A stretch of 64,000 bases of DNA, taken from assembly GCA_934501115.1 (NCBI GenBank), contig CAKSTO010000001.1:2022-66021 (forward strand). Reading direction: 5' to 3'. The DNA is from an uncultured Faecalibacterium sp. GTDB taxonomy: Bacteria > Bacillota > Clostridia > Oscillospirales > Ruminococcaceae. The stretch's first letter is position 1. Each line of letters opens with the position of its first letter. Made by a program: the position numbers and the translations under genes. The notes beneath the pieces were generated by a model. The model had not been told where the DNA came from, did not search any database, and was given only the letters and a program-made list of their open reading frames with translations. Positions 8,712-16,862 of this stretch are shown here, one piece after another.

Positions 8712-8740
8712 AATCGTTTACAAAATGGTTACAAGATGGT
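8712..8740 (+). promoter_or_regulatory. Putative sigma-A promoter (TTTACA, 17 bp spacer, extended -10 TGgTATACT) upstream of the peptidase gene
   Basis: Read in the sequence cgtttacaaaatggttacaagatggtatactt. An 11-T homopolymer lies ~100 bp upstream at 8610-8620. Confidence 0.35.
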
Positions 8741-8796
8741 ATACTTTATAAATGTGAACGACAAGGATCTTTGGAAGCCGAAAGGAGCATCTACCC

Positions 8797-9816
8797 GTGA
8801 ATACTGTTGCACCGTCCCGAAAAAAGCTGCTGAGTTTTGTGCTGACACTGGTGTTCCTTTTCACCTGTCTGCCAGCGGCTTTGGCGGTGGATCTGAATGT
8901 GGATGCAGGCTTCTACTTCAAGCAGAGCCGCGGCGGTACCTGCACATTGGCCTCGGCCGCTATGATGCTGCGCCGCAGAGCTTATCTTGACGGTTTGACG
9001 GACTGGTCTGCCGTTACCGAAAACAGTGTTCGCTCTACGGCATGGGCCAACGGGCTTTCTCACAGCTTTACATACAAAGAAATGCAGGTAGGTTACGCAA
9101 CCCTTCCCTCCCGCAAACAGGAAAAGATCCAGACCCTCATCACGCTGCTGTCTCAGCATCCGGAGGGGATCGTGTTGTATGACCGCAGCCAGCCGCACGC
9201 TGTTCTGTTGACGGATTACACCAACGGCGTGTTCTACTGCTCCGACCCGGCGGGGAATATTTCCTCCGGGCGCATCCCGCTCACCAGTTCCAGCGTTTCG
9301 GTAAACGGTTCGTCCTGCTACTGGTACGTGACCTCTGACCATAACGCGGTGGCGACCTCTCCGGACAGTCTGCGTCTGGAAGGAATGAGCTATCCGGTTA
9401 ATGTGCAGACGGGCAAGGGTTTGGCTCTGGCCGGTACGGCCAACAGCCCGTTGGGAGCAACGCTGACCAATGTTCAGGTGGCGATTCTGGATGGAAATGA
9501 CCAGCTGGTGCAGAGCGCAGAGGCTGCCCCCAACGCGGTGAGCTTCTCGTTCAAGACGCTGGACAGCCAGATCCGCTTTGGTGAGCTGCCGGTAGGCAGC
9601 TATACCTACATGGTCGTGTTGACGGATTCCAACGACGAGAACCTCTGCTTTACAAGCGACTTTACGGTCTCGGACGGCTCCAACAGCAGTGCGACCTATT
9701 GGTCGGTGAAGGATACTGACGGTGCAAAGCTTCTGGACAGCGTTCAGGAAATCCAGACGACCTTTACCGATGCGGCAGAGGCTACTATGGACTGGCTTGA
9801 AAGCCTCTTCCACTAA
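8797..9816 (+). CDS. Secreted papain-like cysteine peptidase, C39-like (YvpB-type) domain with a C-terminal beta-rich domain
   Basis: It has a GTG start and a signal peptide (LLSFVLTLVFLFTCLPAALA). FKQSRGGTCTLASAAMMLRRRAY matches the Q...C(G)xAxxxMxL C39-like catalytic Cys region, and PHAVLLTDY is a candidate catalytic His. Confidence 0.6.
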   Translation: MNTVAPSRKKLLSFVLTLVFLFTCLPAALAVDLNVDAGFYFKQSRGGTCTLASAAMMLRRRAYLDGLTDWSAVTENSVRSTAWANGLSHSFTYKEMQVGYATLPSRKQEKIQTLITLLSQHPEGIVLYDRSQPHAVLLTDYTNGVFYCSDPAGNISSGRIPLTSSSVSVNGSSCYWYVTSDHNAVATSPDSLRLEGMSYPVNVQTGKGLALAGTANSPLGATLTNVQVAILDGNDQLVQSAEAAPNAVSFSFKTLDSQIRFGELPVGSYTYMVVLTDSNDENLCFTSDFTVSDGSNSSATYWSVKDTDGAKLLDSVQEIQTTFTDAAEATMDWLESLFH

Positions 9817-9893
9817 AATTCAAAACAAAAAGATGACCCGGGGCCTGCCGCTTCGGGTCATCTTTTTTGGTGTTATGGGTGTCAGAAGAACAT

Positions 9894-10805
9894 TCAATTG
9901 TCGGAGAAATAATCGCTGTCAACACGCTTGATCAAATATGCTTTTTGGGTAGAAACCCCAACGCCATATTCGATCATCAATTCGGTCAGGCGTTTGCCAT
10001 CCACCAGAATAATATGCTGCGCGTTGGCAAAGTCTCTGGCTTTGGGAGAAAACTTTGCGGTTGTGATAAAAAGACCTTTTTCTACTCTGGGTGGGCCCAT
10101 CATGGCTCCGGCAAATTTTTGCAGTTCTGGTTTGCCTATGGTAACATCCGGTTTCCAACGCTTGGCCTGAATGTAGATCAAATTAAAACCGAGCTGGTCT
10201 TCATGAATGATTCCATCGATTCCGTCGTCGCCGCTGTATTTGGTGACAAAGCCTTCGCCGTAGTTCATGGCTTTCATTAAATCGACGACTAGTTGTTCAA
10301 AAAATGCTGGAGTCTGGTTCAGAACCTCGGCCAGAAGATCGTCGGCCAACTGCTCATTGATAATGGCGTAGACCCGGTCAAATGTTTCCTGTGGTGTTTC
10401 TGGGGCTTCTGCCTGAACTTCGTCGGGCGCGAGTGTAATAGAATCGCTTCCGCTGTTTTTACGCCGATAAAAATCCAGAAATTCTGGGCACTTTTGAGCG
10501 AGAACGGTGTTGGTAATAGAAATGCCGCTTTCCAGCAGAGCCTTTCCAGAAGGTGTTATGAAAATGTGCCCGCGTTGGGGTGAATCTATCATCTGGGCTT
10601 TCAGCAGGTAGGTCTTAGCCCAGCCGACGCGACCGGAAAAAACACTGCTTTTAGGGTTGCTGGGCAATGTTTCGGCAAGGTCTTGCTCGGTCAGATGCAG
10701 AGTCGAAATGATAAAATCTCGAACTTCTTTCATAGAGTGCGTACCGCCGTCCTGCAAGGAAAGCAGTACCAGACGATAGAGTTCATTGTATTTTGGAATG
10801 GCCAT
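9894..10805 (-). CDS. mrr: Mrr-family type IV (modification-dependent) restriction endonuclease
   Basis: It has an N-terminal winged-helix region and a C-terminal Mrr_cat pattern, GDDGIDGIIHEDQLGFNLIYIQAKRW. The gene is clearly lower in GC than its flanks and has a GGGGGAAG RBS. Confidence 0.85.
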   Translation of the reverse strand: MAIPKYNELYRLVLLSLQDGGTHSMKEVRDFIISTLHLTEQDLAETLPSNPKSSVFSGRVGWAKTYLLKAQMIDSPQRGHIFITPSGKALLESGISITNTVLAQKCPEFLDFYRRKNSGSDSITLAPDEVQAEAPETPQETFDRVYAIINEQLADDLLAEVLNQTPAFFEQLVVDLMKAMNYGEGFVTKYSGDDGIDGIIHEDQLGFNLIYIQAKRWKPDVTIGKPELQKFAGAMMGPPRVEKGLFITTAKFSPKARDFANAQHIILVDGKRLTELMIEYGVGVSTQKAYLIKRVDSDYFSDN

Positions 10806-10837
10806 AAAACTTCCCCCAAATTGAAAAACTGAAAAAC

Positions 10838-11788
10838 TTATTTCAGTGTGCCGTCCAGTACCTGATTATAGTACCAGGGCTTTGGGGCGTGGAAGGTCTT
10901 GCCACTGAGAAACTCAAAGTCCGGCTGGCTGAAGTGTGGCATGGTGAGCTCCCAGGCGCACAGAGCCTGATACTTCAGCTTCAGCTCGCGATTGGCGGTG
11001 TTGTTGCCGTACTTACTGTCGCCCAGAATGGGACAGCCGATGCTTGCCATGTGGGCGCGGATCTGATGGGTGCGGCCGGTGATGAGCTTCACTTTCAGCA
11101 GAGCCAGACGGCCGGAGACGGCGATGGTCTCGTACCGGGTCTCCACTTCCTTGGCACCGGGCTGCTTGTCCTCCACGATCTTCACGATGCCGCGGTCGGC
11201 GTCCTTGAGCAGGTAGCCGCCCAAGGTGGCGTCCGGCGGGGTCGGGCGGCCAAAGGTGACGCAGAGGTAGGTCTTTTGCACCTCGCGGTTCTTGATGGCT
11301 GCAAGGAACAGCTCCTCGGCTTCCGGGGTCTTGGCGATGATCACAAGGCCGCTGGTGCCGGTGTCCAGCCGGTGGCACAGCGCCGGGGTATACAGGTCGT
11401 TTTCCTTGTATTCGCCCTGCTGGTTCAGGTAGAGCAGGGTGCGGTTCAGCAGCGTGTCGTCCTCCGGGCCGTCCACGGCAAGACCGGCGGGCTTGTTCAC
11501 AATGACGATCTGCGGGCAGTCATACACCACCTGTGCCGGGCCGCGGGCGTTCTTCCACGCAGGGCCTTCCACACGGCGGTCGGCGTCCAGCACGTCATCC
11601 AGAATGAACAGCTTGATCTCGTCACCGGCCATCACGCGGGTGGAAAGCGGCTGCTTTTTGCCGTTCAGCTTGATCTTGTTCTCCCGCAGCGCCTTGTTCA
11701 GGCGGCCCGGGTTCAGCGCTGGGTACTGCTGCATCAGATAGTTGTCCAGCCGGGTGGGGGCGAGACATTTTACCTTTAAGATTTTCAC
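10838..11788 (-). CDS. RluA-family 23S rRNA/tRNA pseudouridine synthase with an S4 domain
   Basis: It carries HRLDTGTSGLV and GRTHQIR, the hallmark RluA motifs. It has a GTG start. Confidence 0.85.
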   Translation of the reverse strand: MKILKVKCLAPTRLDNYLMQQYPALNPGRLNKALRENKIKLNGKKQPLSTRVMAGDEIKLFILDDVLDADRRVEGPAWKNARGPAQVVYDCPQIVIVNKPAGLAVDGPEDDTLLNRTLLYLNQQGEYKENDLYTPALCHRLDTGTSGLVIIAKTPEAEELFLAAIKNREVQKTYLCVTFGRPTPPDATLGGYLLKDADRGIVKIVEDKQPGAKEVETRYETIAVSGRLALLKVKLITGRTHQIRAHMASIGCPILGDSKYGNNTANRELKLKYQALCAWELTMPHFSQPDFEFLSGKTFHAPKPWYYNQVLDGTLK

Positions 11789-11970
11789 GGAAATTTTCCT
11801 CTCTATCTTGAAATAGAATGTGTCTTTGAATCGTTTTTATTGTAGCGGAACAAAAACCGCGCGTCAAGCGCAGAGAAAAGGAAATGTTGACTTTTCCGCG
11901 CGGGTGACGTATGATACCGAGACAGGTGCGGAAGACACCGCCCCGACAACAACAGAAAAAGGTATAGAAT

Positions 11971-12687
11971 ATGAAACTGAACAAAAAGGTGCTGGCCGTT
12001 ACGGCCATTCTGGCAGTGGGCATTCTGGCAGGCTGCGGCAGCAGCAACAGCACCGCAGGCAGCGTGGCAAGCGCACCGGCTTCCGGCGTGGAAAGCAGTG
12101 CGGCTTCGTCCGAAGCAGCCGGTGAGATGGGCGATGTGCTGCCCATCGACGCCGGGGATCTGAACGAGATCAAGACGGGTTCCTACAAGTTTGCAGCCAG
12201 CATCACCAAGGTGGCCGACGGCCAGGCGACCCTGAGCGTATACGGCTACGACAGCTACCTGCCTGAGGACATCGACGCCTTGCAGGAGGGCAGCGTGCTT
12301 CGGATCCACGACCAGGGCGACACCACCGTGACCAAGCTGACTGTGACCAGCATCGACAGGGATGCCGACAACGGCTATGTGACCATCAACGGCGGCATCG
12401 AAGCGGGCGGCGTGGAGCTGACGCTGGACCACGATGTGTACCGCACCGTGACCTTTGACGATTACCCCGTCTACTATGAGATGGGCGAGGTGACTCTGCC
12501 TCTGGCCGGGGGCGTGACCCTGAGCGACAGCTCGGCCGACCCGCAGGCTTCCGCCGTGGAGACGGACGGCGCCGATGCCGTGGCCGAGGCCGTCAACGCC
12601 GAGCCGGACGGCTGGATGCCCAACAACACCCTGGTCTTTACCGAGGATGGCACCATCAGCAGCATCGTCCGCATCTGGGTGCCGTAA
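11971..12687 (+). CDS. Lipoprotein of unknown function
   Basis: It has a signal peptide with a lipobox, LAGC, and a Ser/Ala-rich linker. No catalytic motifs were recognised. Confidence 0.6.
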   Translation: MKLNKKVLAVTAILAVGILAGCGSSNSTAGSVASAPASGVESSAASSEAAGEMGDVLPIDAGDLNEIKTGSYKFAASITKVADGQATLSVYGYDSYLPEDIDALQEGSVLRIHDQGDTTVTKLTVTSIDRDADNGYVTINGGIEAGGVELTLDHDVYRTVTFDDYPVYYEMGEVTLPLAGGVTLSDSSADPQASAVETDGADAVAEAVNAEPDGWMPNNTLVFTEDGTISSIVRIWVP

Positions 12688-12703
12688 ATTTTGCTCAAAA
12701 CCG

Positions 12704-13030
12704 TTGACAAATGCCCGGCTCATGCTATAATTTAGTTGTGCGCGAGAAGAACTGTGTGCTTTTCGCAGTGCGTAAAATTATGACAGATGGCAATGATGGG
12801 GTCAAAGATGCGTACCGCCGTCCAGAGAGAGTGCCCGCAGGCTGCAAGGCATTCCGGTCGGATGCATTTTGTGCCGCCCCGGAGCTTCCGGCGAAACAAG
12901 TCGGACGCAGCGCAGCGTTACCGCGCCGAAAGCGGCAGGGGACAAGCGATTTTATCCTTTGCAATTTGGGTGGTACCACGGAGCAGTTTTACACAGCCTC
13001 GTCCCTTTTGGGATGGGGCTGTTTTTGTTT
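12704..13030 (+). promoter_or_regulatory. Consensus promoter (TTGACA-16-TATAAT) followed by a T-box riboswitch leader (Ala specifier) regulating alaS
   Basis: TTGACA is at 12704-12709 and TATAAT at 12726-12731. The leader has an AGAGAGAG box at ~12826. A GCU codon lies in gcaggcugcaagg. The T-box sequence aatttgggtggtaccacgg is at 12963-12981. A terminator hairpin cagcctcgtccc...gggatggggctg with a T-run follows. The ORF-track frame 12711.. upstream of the true ATG at 13110 is leader, not coding. Confidence 0.75.
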
Positions 13031-13109
13031 TTGCGCCTGCCCGCCCCTCTGCCATAACATCATAAAAACTGACGTGCAAACGCCAAGGACAATCGAGGAG
13101 AGAAAACCT

Positions 13110-15773
13110 ATGCAATGGACCGGTTTGAATGAACTGCGTGAAAAGTACCTGAGCTTCTTTGAGAGCAAGGGCCACCTGCGTCTGGACAGCTTCCCGCTGG
13201 TGCCGAAGAACGACCCCAGCCTGCTGCTGATCAACAGCGGCATGGCCCCCATGAAAAAGTGGTTCCTGGCTCAGGAAGAGCCGCCCCGCCACCGTGTGAC
13301 CACCTGCCAGAAGTGCATCCGTACTCCGGATATCGAGCGCGTGGGCATCACTGCCCGCCACGGCACCTTCTTTGAGATGCTGGGCAACTTCTCCTTCCAG
13401 GATTACTTCAAGGAGGAGGTCATTCCCTGGGCATGGGAGTTCCTGACTTCTGACGAGTGGATGGCCATCCCGAAGGACCGCCTGCACATCTCTGTGTACG
13501 AAGAGGACGACGAGGCTTACGATATCTGGACCAAGAAGGTGGGCATCGCCCCCGACCACATGGTGCGTCTGGGCAAGGAAGACAACTTCTGGGAGCACGG
13601 CTCCGGCCCGTGCGGCCCCTGCTCCGAGATCTACTTTGACCGCGGCCCTGAGTACGGCTGCGGCAAGCCGACCTGCGGCGTGGGCTGCGACTGCGACCGC
13701 TATATGGAGATCTGGAACCTCGTGTTCAGCCAGTTCGATGCCGACGGCAAAGGCCACTACGAGCGTCTGGCGCGCCCCAACATCGATACCGGCATGGGTC
13801 TGGAGCGTCTGGCCTGCGTGATGCAGGGCGTGGGCAATCTGTTTGAGGTCGATACCGTCCAGAGCGTGCTGCACCATGTGGAGCACATCGCAAACAAGAC
13901 CTATGGCGAGGACGCCAAGAATGATATTTCCATCCGCGTCATCACCGACCACATCCGCAGCTGCACCTTTATGGTCTCGGACGGCATCCTGCCTTCCAAC
14001 GAGGGCCGCGGCTATGTGCTGCGCCGCCTGCTGCGCCGCGCTGCCCGCCATGGCCGTATGCTGGGCATCACCCGCCCGTTCCTGGTGGAGCTGGTGGAGA
14101 CTGTCATCCAGTCCAGCGAGACCGCATACCCCGAGCTGCGCGAGCATGATGCTTATATCAAGAAGGTCATCGGCACCGAGGAGGCAAACTTTGCCCGCAC
14201 CATTGATGCCGGTATGAACATCCTGAACAACATGATCGACGGTCTGGAAAAGGCGCATGAGCACCTGCTGAAGGGTCTGGACGTGTTCAAGCTGAACGAT
14301 ACCTTCGGCTTCCCGCTGGATCTGACCAAGGAGATCGCTGCAGAGCAGGGCATTGAGATCGACGAGGAAGGCTTCCACGCCGAAATGACCAAGCAGAAGG
14401 AGCGTGCCCGTGCGGAGCGCCTGAAGAAGAACATCTCCGGCTGGAGCGAGGATCTGTTCGGTGCGCTGGATGCAGAGCCTACCGTCTTTACCGGCTACGA
14501 GACCCTGAAGGACACCGGTGTCGTGGTCGCCCTGAGCGACGAGGAGACCCTGACCGACGCCATTGCGACCGATGAGGAAGCAAAGGACGGCGTGCTGGTG
14601 GTTCTGGATAAGACCCCCTTCTACGCTGAAATGGGCGGTCAGGCTGCCGACCACGGCGTGCTGAACAGTGCTGACTGCAGCCTGCGCGTGCTGGATGTGA
14701 AGAAGACCCCCAAGGGCTACTACGTCCACACCTGCGTGCTGGAAAGCGGCATCGTGAAGGTGGGCGACCACCTGACTGCACAGGTGGACAAGGAATACCG
14801 CATGGCCATTGCCCGCAACCACACCGCTACCCATCTGCTGCAGGCAGCTCTGCGCGAGGTGCTGGGCGATCATGTCCATCAGGCAGGCTCCTATCAGGAT
14901 GCAGAAATCACGCACTTCGACTTTACCCACTTCAGCGCTGTCACTCCCGAGGAGCTGGCGCGCGTGCAGAAGATCGTGAACGACAAGATCTATGAGTCCA
15001 TGAACGTCACCGTCCGGGAAATGCCCATTGAGGAAGCCAAGAAGCTGGGCGCAATGGCTCTGTTCGGCGAAAAGTACGGCAAGGTCGTGCGTGTTGTGGA
15101 TATCGAGGGCTGGTCTACTGAGTTCTGCGGCGGCACCCACGTGAAGAACACCGCCCAGATCGGCGGCTTCAAGATCGTGAGCGAGGCCTCCGTTGCTGCG
15201 GGCATCCGCCGCATCGAGGCTGTCACCGGCCGCAACCTGCTGATCCGTGCAAACCTGCAGGAGGCTATGCTGCATACCGTGGCAAACACCCTGAAGGCAA
15301 ACAACGTGACCGCTCTGCCCGTCCGTGCCGAGGCCGTGATGGCTGAGAACAAGGCTCTGGCCAAGGAGCTGGAAGAGATCAAGGCACAGGTCGCCGCTTC
15401 CAAGGTGACCAGCCTGTTCGACAATGCCGAGGAGATCGGCGGCGTGAAGATCGCTTCCGCGTACTTTACCGGCACTACCGGCGACACCCTGCGCGGCATG
15501 TGCGATACCATCCGTGACAAGGCTGTGAAGCCTGCTGTGGCGGTTCTGGTGGGCAAAGCTGAGGATAAGATCACTATGGCTGTCACTGTGAGCAAGCAGG
15601 CACAGGAAAAGGGTCTGAAGGCCGGTGCACTGGTCAAGGAGATCTCCGCGATCGCAGGCGGCAAGGGCGGCGGCAAGCCGGACTTTGCAATGGCCGGCCT
15701 GAAGGACGAGACTAAGATCGACGAGGCTCTGGCTGCCGTCGCTTCCATCGTCAAGAAGGCTCTGGGCGAATAA
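13110..15773 (+). CDS. alaS: Alanine--tRNA ligase
   Basis: MQWTGLNELREKYLSFFESKGHLRLDSFPLVPKNDPSLLLINSGM... is the canonical AlaRS N-terminus. The protein is ~887 aa and has the C-terminal DHHA1-like region. Confidence 0.95.
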   Translation: MQWTGLNELREKYLSFFESKGHLRLDSFPLVPKNDPSLLLINSGMAPMKKWFLAQEEPPRHRVTTCQKCIRTPDIERVGITARHGTFFEMLGNFSFQDYFKEEVIPWAWEFLTSDEWMAIPKDRLHISVYEEDDEAYDIWTKKVGIAPDHMVRLGKEDNFWEHGSGPCGPCSEIYFDRGPEYGCGKPTCGVGCDCDRYMEIWNLVFSQFDADGKGHYERLARPNIDTGMGLERLACVMQGVGNLFEVDTVQSVLHHVEHIANKTYGEDAKNDISIRVITDHIRSCTFMVSDGILPSNEGRGYVLRRLLRRAARHGRMLGITRPFLVELVETVIQSSETAYPELREHDAYIKKVIGTEEANFARTIDAGMNILNNMIDGLEKAHEHLLKGLDVFKLNDTFGFPLDLTKEIAAEQGIEIDEEGFHAEMTKQKERARAERLKKNISGWSEDLFGALDAEPTVFTGYETLKDTGVVVALSDEETLTDAIATDEEAKDGVLVVLDKTPFYAEMGGQAADHGVLNSADCSLRVLDVKKTPKGYYVHTCVLESGIVKVGDHLTAQVDKEYRMAIARNHTATHLLQAALREVLGDHVHQAGSYQDAEITHFDFTHFSAVTPEELARVQKIVNDKIYESMNVTVREMPIEEAKKLGAMALFGEKYGKVVRVVDIEGWSTEFCGGTHVKNTAQIGGFKIVSEASVAAGIRRIEAVTGRNLLIRANLQEAMLHTVANTLKANNVTALPVRAEAVMAENKALAKELEEIKAQVAASKVTSLFDNAEEIGGVKIASAYFTGTTGDTLRGMCDTIRDKAVKPAVAVLVGKAEDKITMAVTVSKQAQEKGLKAGALVKEISAIAGGKGGGKPDFAMAGLKDETKIDEALAAVASIVKKALGE

Positions 15774-15784
15774 AAAAGCGGGTT

Positions 15785-15926
15785 CGCCCTCTCAGGCTCA
15801 CGTTCGTTCGCCAGCTCCCCCAAAGGGGGGAGCCCTTGGCAAAACCGGAAGGTTTACCGTACTGCCAAGGCCTCTCACTTTGGGAGAGGTGGCACGGCGT
15901 AAGCCGTGACGGAGAGGGCGAGGGCG
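15785..15926 (+). repeat. Copy A of a ~135-140 bp intergenic repeat element with terminal inverted repeats (cgccctctc...gagagggcg) and two internal GC hairpins
   Basis: It shares gctcccccaaaggggggagc and gcctctc...gagaggtggca modules with three other loci in the window (52931-53067, 54375-54507, 61343-61478). Confidence 0.7.
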
Positions 15927-15956
15927 TTTATAAAATACCGGAAGGAGTTGTTCCCC

Positions 15957-16289
15957 ATGGAAGATTGTCTGTTTTGCATGATCGCAGAGGGTAAGATCCC
16001 CTCCAAGAAACTGTACGAGGACGAGCAGGTGGTGGCGTTCTACGACATCAACCCGCAGGCGAAGGTGCATTTTCTGGTGGTGCCCAAAAAGCACATCACC
16101 TCTGCCGCCGCGCTGACCGAAGAGGATGGCGCACTGCTGGGCCATATCTTTGCGGTAATCGCAAAGCTGGCTGCGGAGCAGGGTCTGGAAAACGGCTACC
16201 GTGTCATCTCCAATGTTGGCGAGGACGCAGGCCAGACCGTGAAGCATCTGCATTTCCATGTTCTGGGCGGCGAAAAGCTGCCTGTCTGA
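15957..16289 (+). CDS. HIT-family (histidine triad) nucleotide hydrolase/transferase
   Basis: MEDCLFCMIAEGKIPS is the typical HIT N-terminus and HLHFHVLGG is the HxHxHxx motif. It has a GGAAGGAG RBS. Confidence 0.85.
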   Translation: MEDCLFCMIAEGKIPSKKLYEDEQVVAFYDINPQAKVHFLVVPKKHITSAAALTEEDGALLGHIFAVIAKLAAEQGLENGYRVISNVGEDAGQTVKHLHFHVLGGEKLPV

Positions 16290-16316
16290 TTTCGACTGAA
16301 AAGGGAGATTTTGACT

Positions 16317-16856
16317 ATGGCTGAGACTTATACCCTGCATGTTGCAGGCCTTACACGTGAACTGACGATCTGCAAGGTGAACGACCACATGGATATTGCG
16401 GCCTTTATCATGCTGGGTGACGCCGAGCTGACCGTGGCTGCCGCTGCCGAGCTGCTGAAAAAGTGCCCGGATTTTGATATCCTGCTGACCGCTGAGGCCA
16501 AGGGCATCCCTCTGGCTCACGAGATGAGCCGTCAGAGCGGCAAGCCCTACGTCTGCGCACGCAAGGGTGAAAAGCTGTATATGACCGACCCCGTGGTGGT
16601 GGAGGATCAGTCCATCACCACTGCCGGCAAACAGAAGCTGGTCATTGACCGCAAGGAGCTGGATAAGATGAGCGGCAAGCGCGTTCTGGTGGTGGACGAT
16701 GTCATTTCCACCGGTGGCTCGCTGAAAGCTCTGGACGCTCTGGCCGAGCAGACTCAGTGCACCATTGTGGGGCAGGCAGCAGTTCTGGCCGAGGGAGACG
16801 CAGCTGAGCGCAAGGATATCATCTTCCTCGAGCCGCTGCCCCTGTTCTTCCACTAA
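16317..16856 (+). CDS. Phosphoribosyltransferase-family protein (adenine/xanthine PRTase-like)
   Basis: VLVVDDVISTGGS is the PRPP-binding motif. It has an AAGGGAG RBS. Confidence 0.7.
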   Translation: MAETYTLHVAGLTRELTICKVNDHMDIAAFIMLGDAELTVAAAAELLKKCPDFDILLTAEAKGIPLAHEMSRQSGKPYVCARKGEKLYMTDPVVVEDQSITTAGKQKLVIDRKELDKMSGKRVLVVDDVISTGGSLKALDALAEQTQCTIVGQAAVLAEGDAAERKDIIFLEPLPLFFH

Positions 16857-16862
16857 GCTGTC

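Noticed and set aside
12711-13109. 5' extension of the alaS ORF to 1020 aa
   Set aside because: The extension covers a promoter and a T-box leader with a terminator. The canonical AlaRS N-terminus begins at the ATG at 13110.
12918-15275. 785-aa minus-strand ORF opposite alaS, and similar antisense ORFs opposite glgP (20313-22544), the GlpA-like genes (37861-40470), the TRAP/Gfo genes (43049-45682), proS (50077-51435), dapL (52658-54307) and the ABC exporter (25242-27098, 26924-28693)
   Set aside because: In each case the opposite strand encodes a protein with unmistakable family signatures. The antisense frames have none.
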